This document shows positions 9,362 through 19,819 of a stretch of DNA of 64,000 nucleotides, piece by piece. This DNA is from Pseudonocardiaceae bacterium. GTDB lineage: Bacteria; Actinomycetota; Actinomycetes; Mycobacteriales; Pseudonocardiaceae. The position numbers were made by a program, and so were the translations under genes. Below the pieces are notes generated by a model. The model saw nothing but the letters and a program-made list of their open reading frames with translations, searched no databases and was not told the DNA's origin. The first letter of the stretch is position 1; each line of letters starts with the position of its first letter. Location of the stretch: assembly GCA_035714625.1 (NCBI GenBank), contig DASTLT010000169.1:3856-67855 (forward strand), written 5' to 3'.

Positions 9362-11128
9362 TCACGGGCTGCCGTCCCCGGTGGGATCGCGCTCCCGCCA
9401 GCAGTTGGTGATCGGCAGCCGGCGGTCCCGGCCGAACGCCTTCAAGGTGATCTTCGTGCCGGGTGGGTACTGGCGGCGCTTGTACTCCGCCGCGTCCACC
9501 AACCGCACGATGCGCTCGACCAGCTCAGCGTCGAAACCAGCGGCTACCAGGTCGCCGAAGCCGCGGTCGCCCTCCACGTAGTCGTCCAGCACGTCGTCGA
9601 GCAGCAGGTAGTCGGGTAGCGAGTCGGTATCGAGCTGGCCAGGACGCAGTTCAGCGGAGGGGGGTTTGGTGATGGAGCTCGGTGGGATCGGCGGGGTTTC
9701 GCCGCGCTTCTCGGCCTCGGTGTTGCGCCATTGCGCCAGCGCCCACACCGCGGTCTTGGGCACGTCCTTGATCGGGGCGAAGCCACCGACCGCGTCCCCG
9801 TAGATCGTGGAGTAGCCCACCGCGAGCTCGGACTTGTTCCCGGTGGCAAGCACCAGGTGGCCGTGCTGGTTGGACAGCGCCATCAGGGTCACTCCTCGGC
9901 AGCGGGCCTGCACGTTCTCCTCGGCCAACCCAGACAGCCCGAGCTGGCGGACGAAAACCTCAACCAGCTCCGCGATCGGCTGCACCTGGAAGTGCAGCCC
10001 GGTGCGCTCGGCCAGGTCGGCGGCATCGGCGAGGGAGTGCGCGGAGGAATACGACGAGGGCATCGCCACCGCATGCACCGCGTCGGCGCCCAGCGCGTCC
10101 ACCGCCAGCGCGGCGCATACCGCCGAGTCGATGCCCCCGGACAGCCCGAGCACCACTGAGCGGAAGCCGTTCTTGCGGGCGTAGTCCCGCAGGCCACACA
10201 CCAGCGCGCCCCACACCTCGGCCTGGTCGGGCAGTGGTTCGCCCAACGGGGGCTCGGTCAACGCGGGAGCGGGCCGCGGTGGGTAGGGCGGCAGCGGGTC
10301 CTCGACCAGCACCACCCGGCGGACCTCCAGCCCGGCGAAATGACCCTCGGTTCGGGCCGACCCGCCGGGCAGATCCAGGTCGAGCACCGTGAGCTGCTCG
10401 GTGAACTGCGGTACCCGGGCCAGCAACTCGCCGCGGCGGCCGACCACCATCGAGTCGCCATCGAAGACCAGCTCATCCTGCCCGCCGACCAGGTTGGCGT
10501 AGGCCAGCGGCACGCCTGCCTCGGCGGCGCGGCGGGCCACCAGTGCGAACCGGATGTCGTCCTTCGCCCGCTCGTAGGGTGAGGCGTTGGGCGCGACCAC
10601 CAGGTCCACCCCGGCCTGCGCCAGCGCGGTGACCGGGCCGCCCTCTTGCCAGAGGTCCTCGCAGATCACCATCCCGATCTCCAGGCCGTGCAGCCGCAAC
10701 ACACTCAAAGTGGTGCCCGCCGCGAAATAGCGGCGCTCGTCGAACACCCCGTAGTTGGGCAGGTGATGCTTGAACTGGCGGGCCACCACGCGTCCGCCGA
10801 ACAGCACCGCGACCGCGTTGCGCGGGCCGTGCTGGTCGCGGTCCAGGTACCCGACGACGACGGTCAACGCCCCGCAGCCGTCCTCGACCAGCCGAGTGGC
10901 GAGCGTTTCCAGGGTGCGTACCGACGCGACGGTGAACGACTCGCGCAGCGCCAGGTCCTCCACCGGGTAGCCGGTCAGGGCCATCTCGCCGAACACCACC
11001 AGGTGGGCACCGGCCGCGGCCGCGTCACGACAGTACGCAGTGATCAACATCGCGTTGCCGTCGAGGCCACCCACGCAGGGGTTGACCTGGGCCAGGGCCA
11101 GACGGATCTGCGGCATGCCTCCTATCAT
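9362..11128 (-). CDS. nadE: NAD+ synthase (glutamine-hydrolysing), nitrilase domain + NAD synthetase domain
   Basis: 588 aa. CN-hydrolase N-terminal half (ICEDLW) and the PP-loop motif VVLGLSGGIDSAV in the C-terminal half. An alternative ATG lies 4 codons downstream (11116). Confidence 0.9.
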   Translation of the reverse strand: MIGGMPQIRLALAQVNPCVGGLDGNAMLITAYCRDAAAAGAHLVVFGEMALTGYPVEDLALRESFTVASVRTLETLATRLVEDGCGALTVVVGYLDRDQHGPRNAVAVLFGGRVVARQFKHHLPNYGVFDERRYFAAGTTLSVLRLHGLEIGMVICEDLWQEGGPVTALAQAGVDLVVAPNASPYERAKDDIRFALVARRAAEAGVPLAYANLVGGQDELVFDGDSMVVGRRGELLARVPQFTEQLTVLDLDLPGGSARTEGHFAGLEVRRVVLVEDPLPPYPPRPAPALTEPPLGEPLPDQAEVWGALVCGLRDYARKNGFRSVVLGLSGGIDSAVCAALAVDALGADAVHAVAMPSSYSSAHSLADAADLAERTGLHFQVQPIAELVEVFVRQLGLSGLAEENVQARCRGVTLMALSNQHGHLVLATGNKSELAVGYSTIYGDAVGGFAPIKDVPKTAVWALAQWRNTEAEKRGETPPIPPSSITKPPSAELRPGQLDTDSLPDYLLLDDVLDDYVEGDRGFGDLVAAGFDAELVERIVRLVDAAEYKRRQYPPGTKITLKAFGRDRRLPITNCWRERDPTGDGSP

Positions 11129-11136
11129 CCAGAAAA

Positions 11137-12795
11137 GTGCACGGTGGGGGTCTCACTAGACTCGGGCCGGTGCCCTTCTCCTCGCACCCCATCCGAGGTA
11201 CCACTGCCGCGCTGACCGCGCTCGTGCTGGCCGCGCTCGTGCTGGCCGGGTGTGCCCTCGACGCGGGAGGCGCCCCGCAGGTCCCGGTCGTCACCCCGGC
11301 CAGCCCGGGTGTCGGCGCACCGGACGGCGCTGCGGTGGGGCCGGTGCCGCCAGGACTCGATCGGTTCTACCGGCAGCGGCTGACCTGGGGTGGCTGCGGC
11401 GAGTTCGCCACCACCGACACCGATGCGACGGCCTTCGAGACTCCCGGGCTGCAGTGCACCCGGGTGGAGGTACCGCTGGACTACGCCAAACCGGAAGGGC
11501 GCACCGCGCGGCTCGGCGTGTTGCGCCGCCCGGCCGATGAGCCGGGGGTGCGGGTGGGGTCGCTGCTGCTGAACCCGGGGGGTCCGGGGGCCTCGGGGAT
11601 GAGCACGGCCGCCTCGCTGAGCAGTGCGGTGGCCGGCACCGAACTGGGCCGCCGGCTCGACCTGGTCGGGTTCGACCCCCGCGGGATCGGGGCCAGCGAG
11701 CCGAAGATCCTCTGCCGGACCACCCAGGAGCAGGACGCGGAACGGCTCGACCTCGACCTGGACACCTCACCGGCGGGTGTCGCGCAGACCGAGGCCGAGG
11801 ACAAGGCATATGCCGCGCTGTGCTCGAAGCGGGTGGGCAACGATGTGCTCGCCAACAGCGGAACCCGGGATGTGGCTCGGGACATGGACGTGCTGCGGGC
11901 CGCGCTCGGAGACGCCAAGCTCACCTATCTCGGCTACTCCTACGGCACCCGGATCGGCACCGAGTACGCCAAGCAGTTCCCCCGCAACGTGCGGGCCATG
12001 GTGCTCGACGGAGCACTGGATCCCGACGAGAGCCTGGTGGAAAGCCTGGTGAACCAGGGTGCGGGGTTTCAGAAGTCATTCAACGCATTCGTCGACTGGT
12101 GTGTCGGGCAGCCGTCCTGCTGGCTTGGCGGTACCCCCAAGGAGCAGGCCAGCAAGAAGTTCCAGGAGCAACTGCGGCCGCTGACCACCGCCGCGCTGCC
12201 GGTCGGGAACCGGAAGCTGTCCTACACCGACGCCACCACCGGTGCGATCCAGGCCCTGTACTCAGATCAGCTCTGGCCGCTGCTCAACAAGGGGCTCAGC
12301 GAGCTGGCGGCCGGTGATGGCACCTTGCTGCTGACCCTGGCCGACGTCTACTACCAACGCGACCCCCGCGGCTACTCCGGCAGTGAGGACGCCTTCGTCG
12401 CGATCCGCTGCCTGGACGATCCGCCGGTGACCGACCCGACGGTGATCCGGGAAGCCGACCGGCGCTACCGGGAGGTGGCGCCGTTCCTCGACGACGGCCA
12501 CCCGCCTTCGGCGGCCCGCGATGTCTGCGCCTTCTGGCCGGTGCCGCCGACCAGCCAGCCGGAGGTACCGAAGGTGCAGGGCTTGACGCCGGTGATGGTG
12601 ATCTCCACGACCGGTGACCCGGCCACGCCCTATCAGGCCGGTGTCGAACTGGCCCGCCAGCTTGGCGCCCAGTTGCTCAGCTTCCACGGCAATCAGCACA
12701 CCATCGCCCTGCAAGGGGTCAAGTGCGTGGACGACGCGGTGGCGAACTACCTGATCCGCCTTGAGCTGCCGAAGCGGCAGAACTGCTTTCCCTGA
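11137..12795 (+). CDS. secreted alpha/beta hydrolase, tripeptidyl aminopeptidase-like lipoprotein (CaeA/Hip1-like)
   Basis: 552 aa. Lipobox LVLAGC. Nucleophile elbow YLGYSYGT. C-terminal TAP-like domain. The exact start is uncertain (GTG 11137 lies only 8 nt from the divergent nadE start). Confidence 0.75.
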   Translation: MHGGGLTRLGPVPFSSHPIRGTTAALTALVLAALVLAGCALDAGGAPQVPVVTPASPGVGAPDGAAVGPVPPGLDRFYRQRLTWGGCGEFATTDTDATAFETPGLQCTRVEVPLDYAKPEGRTARLGVLRRPADEPGVRVGSLLLNPGGPGASGMSTAASLSSAVAGTELGRRLDLVGFDPRGIGASEPKILCRTTQEQDAERLDLDLDTSPAGVAQTEAEDKAYAALCSKRVGNDVLANSGTRDVARDMDVLRAALGDAKLTYLGYSYGTRIGTEYAKQFPRNVRAMVLDGALDPDESLVESLVNQGAGFQKSFNAFVDWCVGQPSCWLGGTPKEQASKKFQEQLRPLTTAALPVGNRKLSYTDATTGAIQALYSDQLWPLLNKGLSELAAGDGTLLLTLADVYYQRDPRGYSGSEDAFVAIRCLDDPPVTDPTVIREADRRYREVAPFLDDGHPPSAARDVCAFWPVPPTSQPEVPKVQGLTPVMVISTTGDPATPYQAGVELARQLGAQLLSFHGNQHTIALQGVKCVDDAVANYLIRLELPKRQNCFP

Positions 12796-14284
12796 CCAGC
12801 AACAGCGCACCCATCGCACCGAGCAGGCAGATGACCGCGGTGCGGAGGAAGATCTCCTGGTACTGCGTGCGCAGCGCCGCGTCCAGGGCGAGCTGGTAGC
12901 TGGCGAGCTGCTGGGCGAAGACCTCGCGGCTGACGCCGAAGGGCAGCGGCGTGTCCAGTCCTGCGGTGAGCTCGCGGAAGCGGTGCAGCCCCCATGCCGA
13001 CAGGGCGGCCACCCCGACCAGCATGCCGGTCATCCGGGCCACCACCACCGCGGCGGAAGCCACGCCGTGCCGGTCGGCGGGGGTGGCCCGCAGCACCGCA
13101 GCGGACAGTGGCGCGATCACCAGGCCCAGGCCCAGGCCGGCCAAGGCCAGGTCGGTGTCCCACCGGGGCAGGGCCAGCACGCCGAGCGGGTAGCGGGCGG
13201 CCAGCACGTCCGCCGGCCAGCGGGCCACCTGCAGGAAGCCGGCGGCGGCCAGCAGCATGCCGGCCACCGCCGTGCCGGCCTCACCCACCCGGCCGGCCAG
13301 CAGTCCCCCGGCCAGCGCCCCCACCGGCAGCGCCACCAGGAACCGGGCCAGCAGCGCGGTCGCCGCAGCGCTGCCGGTGTCCAGCACGGTCCGCGCGTAG
13401 AGCTGGATGTCGATCAGGGTCACCATCAGGGCCGCACCGGCCACCGCGCTGACGGCCAGCGTGGCGAGGAACAGCCGCCACTGCACACCCGCCGGGTCGA
13501 GCAGCCGCGCCACCGCGCGCCGCTCCCACCACACGAACCCGATCCCGGCCAGGGCGGCCGCGCCCAGCACAGGCCATCCCCATGCGGGCAGCACCGCACG
13601 CCCGGGGTCCGGGTTGTACAGCCCCACCACCAGCAGCCCCAGCGTCACCGCGAGCAGGCCACCACCGACCAGGTCCAGCGGGACCCGGTTCCGCGGCCGG
13701 GTGCTACCGGGCACGGCCAGCCCCACCGCCGCTGCGGCGGCGAGCGCGAAGGGGACGTTCACCCAGAACACGCCGCGCCAGCCGGCCAGTGCGGCCACCG
13801 CAACCCCATACAGCGGGCCCAGCACGCTGCCCAGTTCCTGCGCGGCACCCAGCGCGCCCAGCGCGGTGGTCCGGCCGCGGCCCGGCCACAGGTCAGCGGC
13901 CAGCGCCATGGACACCGGCAGCAGCGCGCCCCCCGCGACGCCTTGCAGCACCCGCCCGGCGACCAGCATCGGCAGCGCCGCGGCGGCCGCGGTGACCGCC
14001 GAGCCCAGCGCGAACCCGACCAGGCAGGTCTGCAGCAGGACCCGGCGGCCGAAACGGTCGGCGGCCTGGCCCAGCAGCGGCATCGCCGCCACATAACCCA
14101 GCAGGAAACCGGTGACGATCGGGGTAGCCCGCTCCAAGTGGTTCAGCGGCACCCGCAGGTCGCGGATCATGTCGACCAGCAGGCTGACCACCACGTAGGC
14201 GTCCAGCGCCGCGAGCAGGGTGACCAGCCCACCCGTGCCCAGCGCCAGGTAGCGTCGCCGGCCCGGGGCAGCCATCGTGGTCAT
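12719..14284 (-). CDS. MFS transporter (P55/Rv1410c-like, DHA2-type, ~14 TM)
   Basis: 521 aa. MFS motif [13 protein letters not shown]. Lies immediately downstream of an LprG-like lipoprotein gene, as in the mycobacterial lprG-p55 operon. Confidence 0.8.
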   Translation of the reverse strand: MTTMAAPGRRRYLALGTGGLVTLLAALDAYVVVSLLVDMIRDLRVPLNHLERATPIVTGFLLGYVAAMPLLGQAADRFGRRVLLQTCLVGFALGSAVTAAAAALPMLVAGRVLQGVAGGALLPVSMALAADLWPGRGRTTALGALGAAQELGSVLGPLYGVAVAALAGWRGVFWVNVPFALAAAAAVGLAVPGSTRPRNRVPLDLVGGGLLAVTLGLLVVGLYNPDPGRAVLPAWGWPVLGAAALAGIGFVWWERRAVARLLDPAGVQWRLFLATLAVSAVAGAALMVTLIDIQLYARTVLDTGSAAATALLARFLVALPVGALAGGLLAGRVGEAGTAVAGMLLAAAGFLQVARWPADVLAARYPLGVLALPRWDTDLALAGLGLGLVIAPLSAAVLRATPADRHGVASAAVVVARMTGMLVGVAALSAWGLHRFRELTAGLDTPLPFGVSREVFAQQLASYQLALDAALRTQYQEIFLRTAVICLLGAMGALLLVRESSSAASAAQGGSGSSPPRRPRT

Positions 14285-14300
14285 CGCCGGCCGGCCGGTG

Positions 14301-14999
14301 CTAGCCGGGTGGGGTGATATCGACGGGAGCGTCGAAATCGGAGAACTGGAAGGTGAGCCCGCCGGTCGGGGTAGGGAAATGGGCCTGCACCAGCCGGAGG
14401 CCGTCGGTGGCGATCCACATCCGACCGGTGGAGTCCTGGCTCAGCCCGGGCACCAGCTTGCCGAGCGCGCGCCCGGAGAAGCTCGCCCGCACCCGGTAGC
14501 AGTCCACGCCGGTGACCTGCTCGCGGGCCTCGGTGGTGGCCGCGGCGCCCCCGGCAAGGACCGCGGCGATCCCCCGGTCCGGGTCCAGGATCACCGAGGG
14601 GTCGTACACCACGCCTGTCGTGGCCGCCGGCAACTCCTGGAAGCCACCGGTCGGCCCGCGCACGTAGAGCTTGTCCTTGATGATCACGAAGTCCAGCTCG
14701 ACGACCTGCCCGAGCTGGTCCACTGTCGCGGTGCCCTTCGCCGACCCCTGCCGGGTGAGCTGGCCCTCGGCAGCCTGGATCGGAAGCCCGGGCAACGCGC
14801 CCTGCACGGTGATGCCGACCCGGGTGGTGGTCACGGTCCGCATCGCCTGGGCGGAGTCGGCCAGCAGCCGGGCTCCGTCGGGCAGGGCCGGGGGGGCGTC
14901 CTGCGGTGCCTGCGGTGCCGGCGGTGCACCGCAGGACGCGAGCAGCGCGGTGGTCAGTGCGGCGAGCAAGGCCAGCAGGCGCAGGTGTCGGCGCGGCAT
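14301..14999 (-). CDS. lprG: LppX/LprAFG-family lipoprotein (LprG-like)
   Basis: Start moved to ATG 14999 ([23 protein letters not shown], lipobox LLASC). 232 aa, 16 nt upstream of the MFS gene. Confidence 0.75.
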   Translation of the reverse strand: MPRRHLRLLALLAALTTALLASCGAPPAPQAPQDAPPALPDGARLLADSAQAMRTVTTTRVGITVQGALPGLPIQAAEGQLTRQGSAKGTATVDQLGQVVELDFVIIKDKLYVRGPTGGFQELPAATTGVVYDPSVILDPDRGIAAVLAGGAAATTEAREQVTGVDCYRVRASFSGRALGKLVPGLSQDSTGRMWIATDGLRLVQAHFPTPTGGLTFQFSDFDAPVDITPPG

Positions 15000-15043
15000 G
15001 GGCGCATCGTAGAGGGCACGCCCTTGTCGTCTACCCTGCGCCC

Positions 15044-16387
15044 ATGGACCGTCAGCAGGAGTTCGTCCTGCGCACACTGGAGGAACGCGACATCCGGTTC
15101 GTCCGGTTGTGGTTCACCGACGTGCTGGGTTACCTCAAATCGGTGGCCGTCGCGCCCGCCGAGCTGGAGGGGGCCTTCGCTGACGGTATCGGTTTCGACG
15201 GCTCCGCCATCGAGGGTTTCGCCCGGGCCTACGAGTCCGACATGATCGCGAAGCCGGATCCTTCGACCTTCCAGGTCCTGCCGTGGGCGACGCCGAACGG
15301 CGAGCACTACTCGGCCCGGATGTTCTGTGACATCGCGATGCCGGACGGCTCGCCGTCCTGGGCCGACCCCCGGCATGTGCTGCGCCGCGGGCTGTCCAAG
15401 GCCGCGGAGGCCGGGTTCACCTGCTACGTGCACCCCGAGATCGAGTTCTACCTGCTGCGGGATCTGCCCTCCGACGGCTCGGAGCCCGAGCCCGCTGACA
15501 CCGGCGGGTACTTCGACCAGGCCAGCCACGACGCCGCGCCGCATTTCCGCCGGAACGCGATCGAGGCGCTGGAGCAGATGGGCATCTCGGTGGAGTTCAG
15601 CCACCATGAGGTTGCTCCCGGCCAGCAGGAGATCGACCTGCGCTACGCCGACGCGCTCACCATGGCCGACAACATCATGACCTTCCGGTACGTGGTGAAG
15701 GAGGTGGCCCTCACCCAGGGCGTGCGGGCGTCGTTCATGCCCAAGCCGTTCACCGACCGTCCGGGCTCCGCGATGCACACTCATATGAGCCTGTTCGAGG
15801 GCGACCGCAACGCCTTCTACGACGAGAGCGATCCCTATGAGCTCTCCGACATCGGCAAGACCTTCGTCGCCGGGGTGTTGCGGCACGCCAGGGAGATCAC
15901 CGCGGTGACCAATCAGTGGGTGAACTCCTACAAGCGGCTGATCACCGGCGGGGAGGCCCCGACCTCGGTGTGCTGGGGCCACGCCAACCGCTCGGCCCTG
16001 GTGCGGGTGCCGATGTACTCACCGGGCAGAGCCGCCAGCCGGCGGGTCGAAATCCGCACCCTGGACTCGGCATGCAACCCCTACCTGGCCTATGCGGTGA
16101 TCCTTGCCGCGGGCTTGTGCGGCGTCCAGGAGGGCTACGACCTGCCTCTCGCCGCCGAGGACGATGTGTGGCTGCTCTCCGAGCGGGAACGCCGGGCCGC
16201 CGGTTACGCCGCGCTGCCGCAGAACCTCTCCGAGGCATTGACCGAGATGGAGCACTCCGAGCTGGTCGCCGAGACGCTCGGCGAGCACGTGTTCGACTTC
16301 TTCCTGCGCAACAAGCGCAGCGAGTGGGACAACTACCGCCGCAACGTCACCCCCTACGAGCTCCGCACCTACCTCCCCGTCCTCTAG
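15044..16387 (+). CDS. glnA2: glutamine synthetase family protein (GlnA2-type GSI paralogue)
   Basis: Start moved to ATG 15044 (MDRQQEFVLRTLEERDIRFVRLWFTDVLG). 447 aa. GS motifs FDGSAIEGF, HHEVAPGQQEI, KPFTDRPGSAMHTHMS. Confidence 0.85.
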   Translation: MDRQQEFVLRTLEERDIRFVRLWFTDVLGYLKSVAVAPAELEGAFADGIGFDGSAIEGFARAYESDMIAKPDPSTFQVLPWATPNGEHYSARMFCDIAMPDGSPSWADPRHVLRRGLSKAAEAGFTCYVHPEIEFYLLRDLPSDGSEPEPADTGGYFDQASHDAAPHFRRNAIEALEQMGISVEFSHHEVAPGQQEIDLRYADALTMADNIMTFRYVVKEVALTQGVRASFMPKPFTDRPGSAMHTHMSLFEGDRNAFYDESDPYELSDIGKTFVAGVLRHAREITAVTNQWVNSYKRLITGGEAPTSVCWGHANRSALVRVPMYSPGRAASRRVEIRTLDSACNPYLAYAVILAAGLCGVQEGYDLPLAAEDDVWLLSERERRAAGYAALPQNLSEALTEMEHSELVAETLGEHVFDFFLRNKRSEWDNYRRNVTPYELRTYLPVL

Positions 16388-16394
16388 CCCCCGC

Positions 16395-16434
16395 GTGTCG
16401 GGTTCTCTTGCACGGTGTGTCGGTTTTCTCCCAC
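16395..16434. repeat. degenerate 2 x 22 bp tandem repeat of the GTGTCGG element, starting 7 nt after the glnA2 stop
   Basis: GTGTCGGGTTCTCTTGCACGGT followed by GTGTCGGTTTTCTCCCAC. It has the same 22-bp phase and the same CCCGC lead-in as the 7583-7626 pair. Confidence 0.7.
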
Positions 16435-16504
16435 CCCCTGTCAGGCTGCTGGGCAAAGCCGTTTTTCGGTCGACGTGCCCGGCCACCCGGCGCACCATCA
16501 GCGC

Positions 16505-17359
16505 ATGAAGGCTCGGCTGCACGCAGACATCGCCGGCTTCGCCGCCCTGGCCAGGCCCCTACTGGAGGCCGATCCGGTCCGGCACAGCATTGCGCTCACT
16601 GCCCTCGCCCTCCAGTTGCGGGCACCACAGGCCACCGCGGATCAGCCGGTGCTGCTGACCGCCCATCACGGTGCCGTGACGGCGGGCGCGGCGCTGTGCG
16701 TGATCCCCTACGACCTGATTGCCAGCGCCCTGCCCGCGACGGCGGCCCCCGCAGCGGCCGACCTGCTCGCTGTGGTGCACCCCTCATTGCGCGGCGCCGT
16801 GGGACCCAGAGCCGAGGCGGAGACATTCGCGGCAACCTGGTCGGCGCGCACCGGTGCCTTGGTGCGGGAGCGGATGGCGCAACAGCTTTTCGCCCTGCGC
16901 CGGCTGACACCGCCGGCCGGAGTACGGGGTACGGCGCGCCGGGCCGGTCCGGGCGACGTCGAACTGCTGACTCGGTGGTTGACTGACTTCGCCGCCGAGG
17001 CAACAGGAGGCCTGCGCGAGACAAGCGGCGTTGCGCGCCATATCCGGCGCAGCATGACCGCGGGTAATGCGGCACTGATGTGGGAGGCCGACGGTGATGC
17101 GGTGGCTTGGGCCTCGGTCAACCTCCCGGTTGCGGGAATGTCGCGAATCGGGCCGGTCTACACCCTGCCTGAGCACCGCGGGCACGGGTACGGCAGCGCG
17201 GTGACGGCGGCGGCCGCGGGGTGGGCCAGGCAGGCCGGTGCGCGGCATGTCGTGCTGCTCACCGACCTGGCAAACCCGGTGCCCAATGCGATCTATCCGC
17301 GGCTCGGTTTCCGTCCCGTGCACGACACCGTGCAGTTGGAGTTCACCCCAGCACCGTGA
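16505..17359 (+). CDS. GNAT family N-acetyltransferase
   Basis: Start moved to ATG 16505 (MKARLHADIAGF...). The C-terminal acetyl-CoA binding block is [45 protein letters not shown]. Confidence 0.65.
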   Translation: MKARLHADIAGFAALARPLLEADPVRHSIALTALALQLRAPQATADQPVLLTAHHGAVTAGAALCVIPYDLIASALPATAAPAAADLLAVVHPSLRGAVGPRAEAETFAATWSARTGALVRERMAQQLFALRRLTPPAGVRGTARRAGPGDVELLTRWLTDFAAEATGGLRETSGVARHIRRSMTAGNAALMWEADGDAVAWASVNLPVAGMSRIGPVYTLPEHRGHGYGSAVTAAAAGWARQAGARHVVLLTDLANPVPNAIYPRLGFRPVHDTVQLEFTPAP

Positions 17360-17404
17360 CCCGCATCCCCTCGTGCGGCGGCGACCACCGTAGGCTCGGC
17401 CCTC

Positions 17405-18955
17405 GTGGCGCGGGTGGTGGTGATCGGCGCCGGGGTGGGTGGCCTGTGTGTCGCCGTGCGGCTGGCCGCAGCCGGGCACCGGGTGACGGTCTGCGAGGCG
17501 GCTGATTCCGTCGGCGGCAAGCTGGGGGTGCTCGAGCGGGACGGCTTCCGTTTCGACACCGGACCCAGCCTGCTGACCTGGCCGGAGGTCTTCGCGGATA
17601 CCTTCGCAGCCGCCGGGGTCCGGCTCGACGACCACCTGCAGCTCGAACGCATCGACCCGGTGTTCCGCTACCGGTTCGCCGACGGCACCTGGCTCACAGT
17701 GCCCAACGGGCCTCCGGGGTGGGTGGCCGAGGCGCTCGGCGAGCAACTCGGTGGCACCGCCGCACGGGACTGGCGGGCATTCTGTCGACACGCCGAGACG
17801 ATCTGGCGCGTCGTGCGCGGACCGTTCCTGTCCGAGCCACTGCACGGGCCGCTTGACCTGTTGCGGCACAGCAGGCGGCTGCGGGATCTCCGCACGGTCG
17901 CACCGTGGCGCACCTTGCGGGGCACCGGTGCCCGGTTCCTGCGTGACCCGCGGCTACGCATCCTGCTGGACCGCTACGCCACCTACGCTGGCTCCGACCC
18001 GCGCCGCGCCCCGGCCGCGCTGGCCGTGGTGCCGTGGCTGGAGCAGGCCCACGGCGTCTGGTATATCCGCGGTGGCCTGCGCGGGCTGGCTGAGGCCCTC
18101 GCCGACCGGGCCACCGCGGCGGGGGCCCAGATCCGGCTCGGTGCTCGGGTCGCTGCGGTGCGCGCCGAGCGGGATCGGGTCGGTGGTGTGCAGTTGGACA
18201 GTGGCGAGCACCTGCACGCCGATGTCGTGGTGTGTAACGCCGACGCCAGCCGGTTATACGGCGAACTGCTCGACGCCCCCGCAGCGCGCGTCCCGCTGCG
18301 CAGACTGCGCAGGGCCACCCCATCGCTGTCCGGTTTCGTGCTGCTGCTCGGCGTGCGCGGACGCACGCCCGGCCGAGTGCATCACACCGTGCTCTTCCCC
18401 GCCGACTACGACGCCGAGTTCAACAGTATCTTCGGCACGGCCCGCCGGGACGGTGTCTTCGGCACGGCCCCCCGTGGCAGTCACTTGGGCACGGGCCGCC
18501 AGTGGCCGCGACCAGTGCCCGACCCCACCATTTACCTCGCCGTTCCCGATGACCCCGCAGTGGGCCCAGATGATCAGCACGAGGCGTGGTTCGTCCTGGT
18601 CAACGCCCCGCTGCAGGACCCCCAGCGGGGCATGGACTGGGACTGCGCCGAGCTCACCGAGCGCTACGCCGAGCGGGTGTTACACGTCCTGGCGCAGCGC
18701 GGCGTGGACGTCCAGGACCGGATCGTGTACCGGGGCATTCGCACCCCCGCTGACCTGCAACGCGACACCGGCGCCCCGGGTGGGGCGATCTATGGCACCT
18801 CGTCGAACGGTCTGGCAGCGGCATTCCTGCGTCCAGCGAACCGATCCCCGTTGCCGGGGCTGTTCCTGGTCGGCGGGTCCGCGCATCCGGGTGGGGGATT
18901 GCCGCTGGTGGCGCAGTCCGCGGCGATCGTGGCCCGGCTGGTCGGCCCGGCCTGA
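17405..18955 (+). CDS. phytoene desaturase (CrtI)-family FAD-dependent oxidoreductase
   Basis: 516 aa. N-terminal dinucleotide fold VVVIGAGVGGLCVAVRLAAAGHRVTVCEA. C-terminal LFLVGGSAHPGGGLPLV, typical of the CrtI family. Confidence 0.7.
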   Translation: MARVVVIGAGVGGLCVAVRLAAAGHRVTVCEAADSVGGKLGVLERDGFRFDTGPSLLTWPEVFADTFAAAGVRLDDHLQLERIDPVFRYRFADGTWLTVPNGPPGWVAEALGEQLGGTAARDWRAFCRHAETIWRVVRGPFLSEPLHGPLDLLRHSRRLRDLRTVAPWRTLRGTGARFLRDPRLRILLDRYATYAGSDPRRAPAALAVVPWLEQAHGVWYIRGGLRGLAEALADRATAAGAQIRLGARVAAVRAERDRVGGVQLDSGEHLHADVVVCNADASRLYGELLDAPAARVPLRRLRRATPSLSGFVLLLGVRGRTPGRVHHTVLFPADYDAEFNSIFGTARRDGVFGTAPRGSHLGTGRQWPRPVPDPTIYLAVPDDPAVGPDDQHEAWFVLVNAPLQDPQRGMDWDCAELTERYAERVLHVLAQRGVDVQDRIVYRGIRTPADLQRDTGAPGGAIYGTSSNGLAAAFLRPANRSPLPGLFLVGGSAHPGGGLPLVAQSAAIVARLVGPA

Positions 18956-18981
18956 GACCGGTCAGGCAGGGGCCTAATCTG

Positions 18982-19800
18982 GTGGAGGTGACCATCCGTC
19001 TGCTCCTGCTGCAACCCTCGGATGCCGATCCTCCCGAGCGCCTCGGCGACTGGCTCGCGAGCGCCGGGGCGGACCTCACGCTGTGCCGCCCGGCGACCGA
19101 GGGGCTTCCGGAGAGCCTGGACGGCTTTGCCGCAGTGGTCTGCCTGGGTGGTGCGATGGGCGCGAACGACGACGCCGACCACCCGTGGCTGGCCGGTCTG
19201 CGCCAGTTGCTGGCGGTCGCGGTCGCAGCGCGGCTGCCGGTCCTCGGCGTGTGCCTGGGCGGGCAACTGCTGGCCGCAGCCACCGGTGGCGCCGTCCGGC
19301 GCGGGATCGACGGCCCGGAGGTGGGCACCCTGCTCGTCGCCAAGCGAGATGCCGCCGCGCGCGATCCGCTGTTCGCCGAGCTGCCGCTGACTCCGGTCGT
19401 GATCCAGTTCCACTATGACGAGATCCACCGGCTGCCGCCGGGGGCCACCCTGCTCGCCTCATCACCGTGCACCCCACCCCACCCGTGCTACCCGAACCAG
19501 GCGTTCCGGGTGGGCCGGACCGGTTACGGTCTGCAGTTTCATATTGAGACCAGCCCCGCCACGGTGCTGTCCTGGGCCCGCCGTGACCAGGGCGCCGCCG
19601 CTGTGATCCGGCCCGGCCAACTCGACCCGGAGCACCTGGAGCAGGTGCACGCGGAACTGGCGGAGATATGGCGGCCGATAGCAGCCCGGTTCGTCGCGCT
19701 GGCCGCAGGTGAGCTGGCCCCGGCCTCGAACCCAGCGTTGGGCTCAGCGGACAGTCCGGGGGGCCGTACGGTACTCCCACTGCATGGCCGCGAGGGCTGA
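18982..19800 (+). CDS. type 1 glutamine amidotransferase
   Basis: 272 aa. Catalytic elbow VLGVCLGGQLLA and downstream QFHIE (His/Glu) motif. Confidence 0.7.
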   Translation: MEVTIRLLLLQPSDADPPERLGDWLASAGADLTLCRPATEGLPESLDGFAAVVCLGGAMGANDDADHPWLAGLRQLLAVAVAARLPVLGVCLGGQLLAAATGGAVRRGIDGPEVGTLLVAKRDAAARDPLFAELPLTPVVIQFHYDEIHRLPPGATLLASSPCTPPHPCYPNQAFRVGRTGYGLQFHIETSPATVLSWARRDQGAAAVIRPGQLDPEHLEQVHAELAEIWRPIAARFVALAAGELAPASNPALGSADSPGGRTVLPLHGREG

Positions 19801-19819
19801 GACCACTAGCGTCTGACCT

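Noticed and set aside
12761-14317. 518-aa plus-strand ORF opposite the MFS transporter
   Set aside because: The composition is extremely Arg/Gly/Gln/His-rich with no hydrophobic core. The minus-strand frame encodes a textbook MFS protein.
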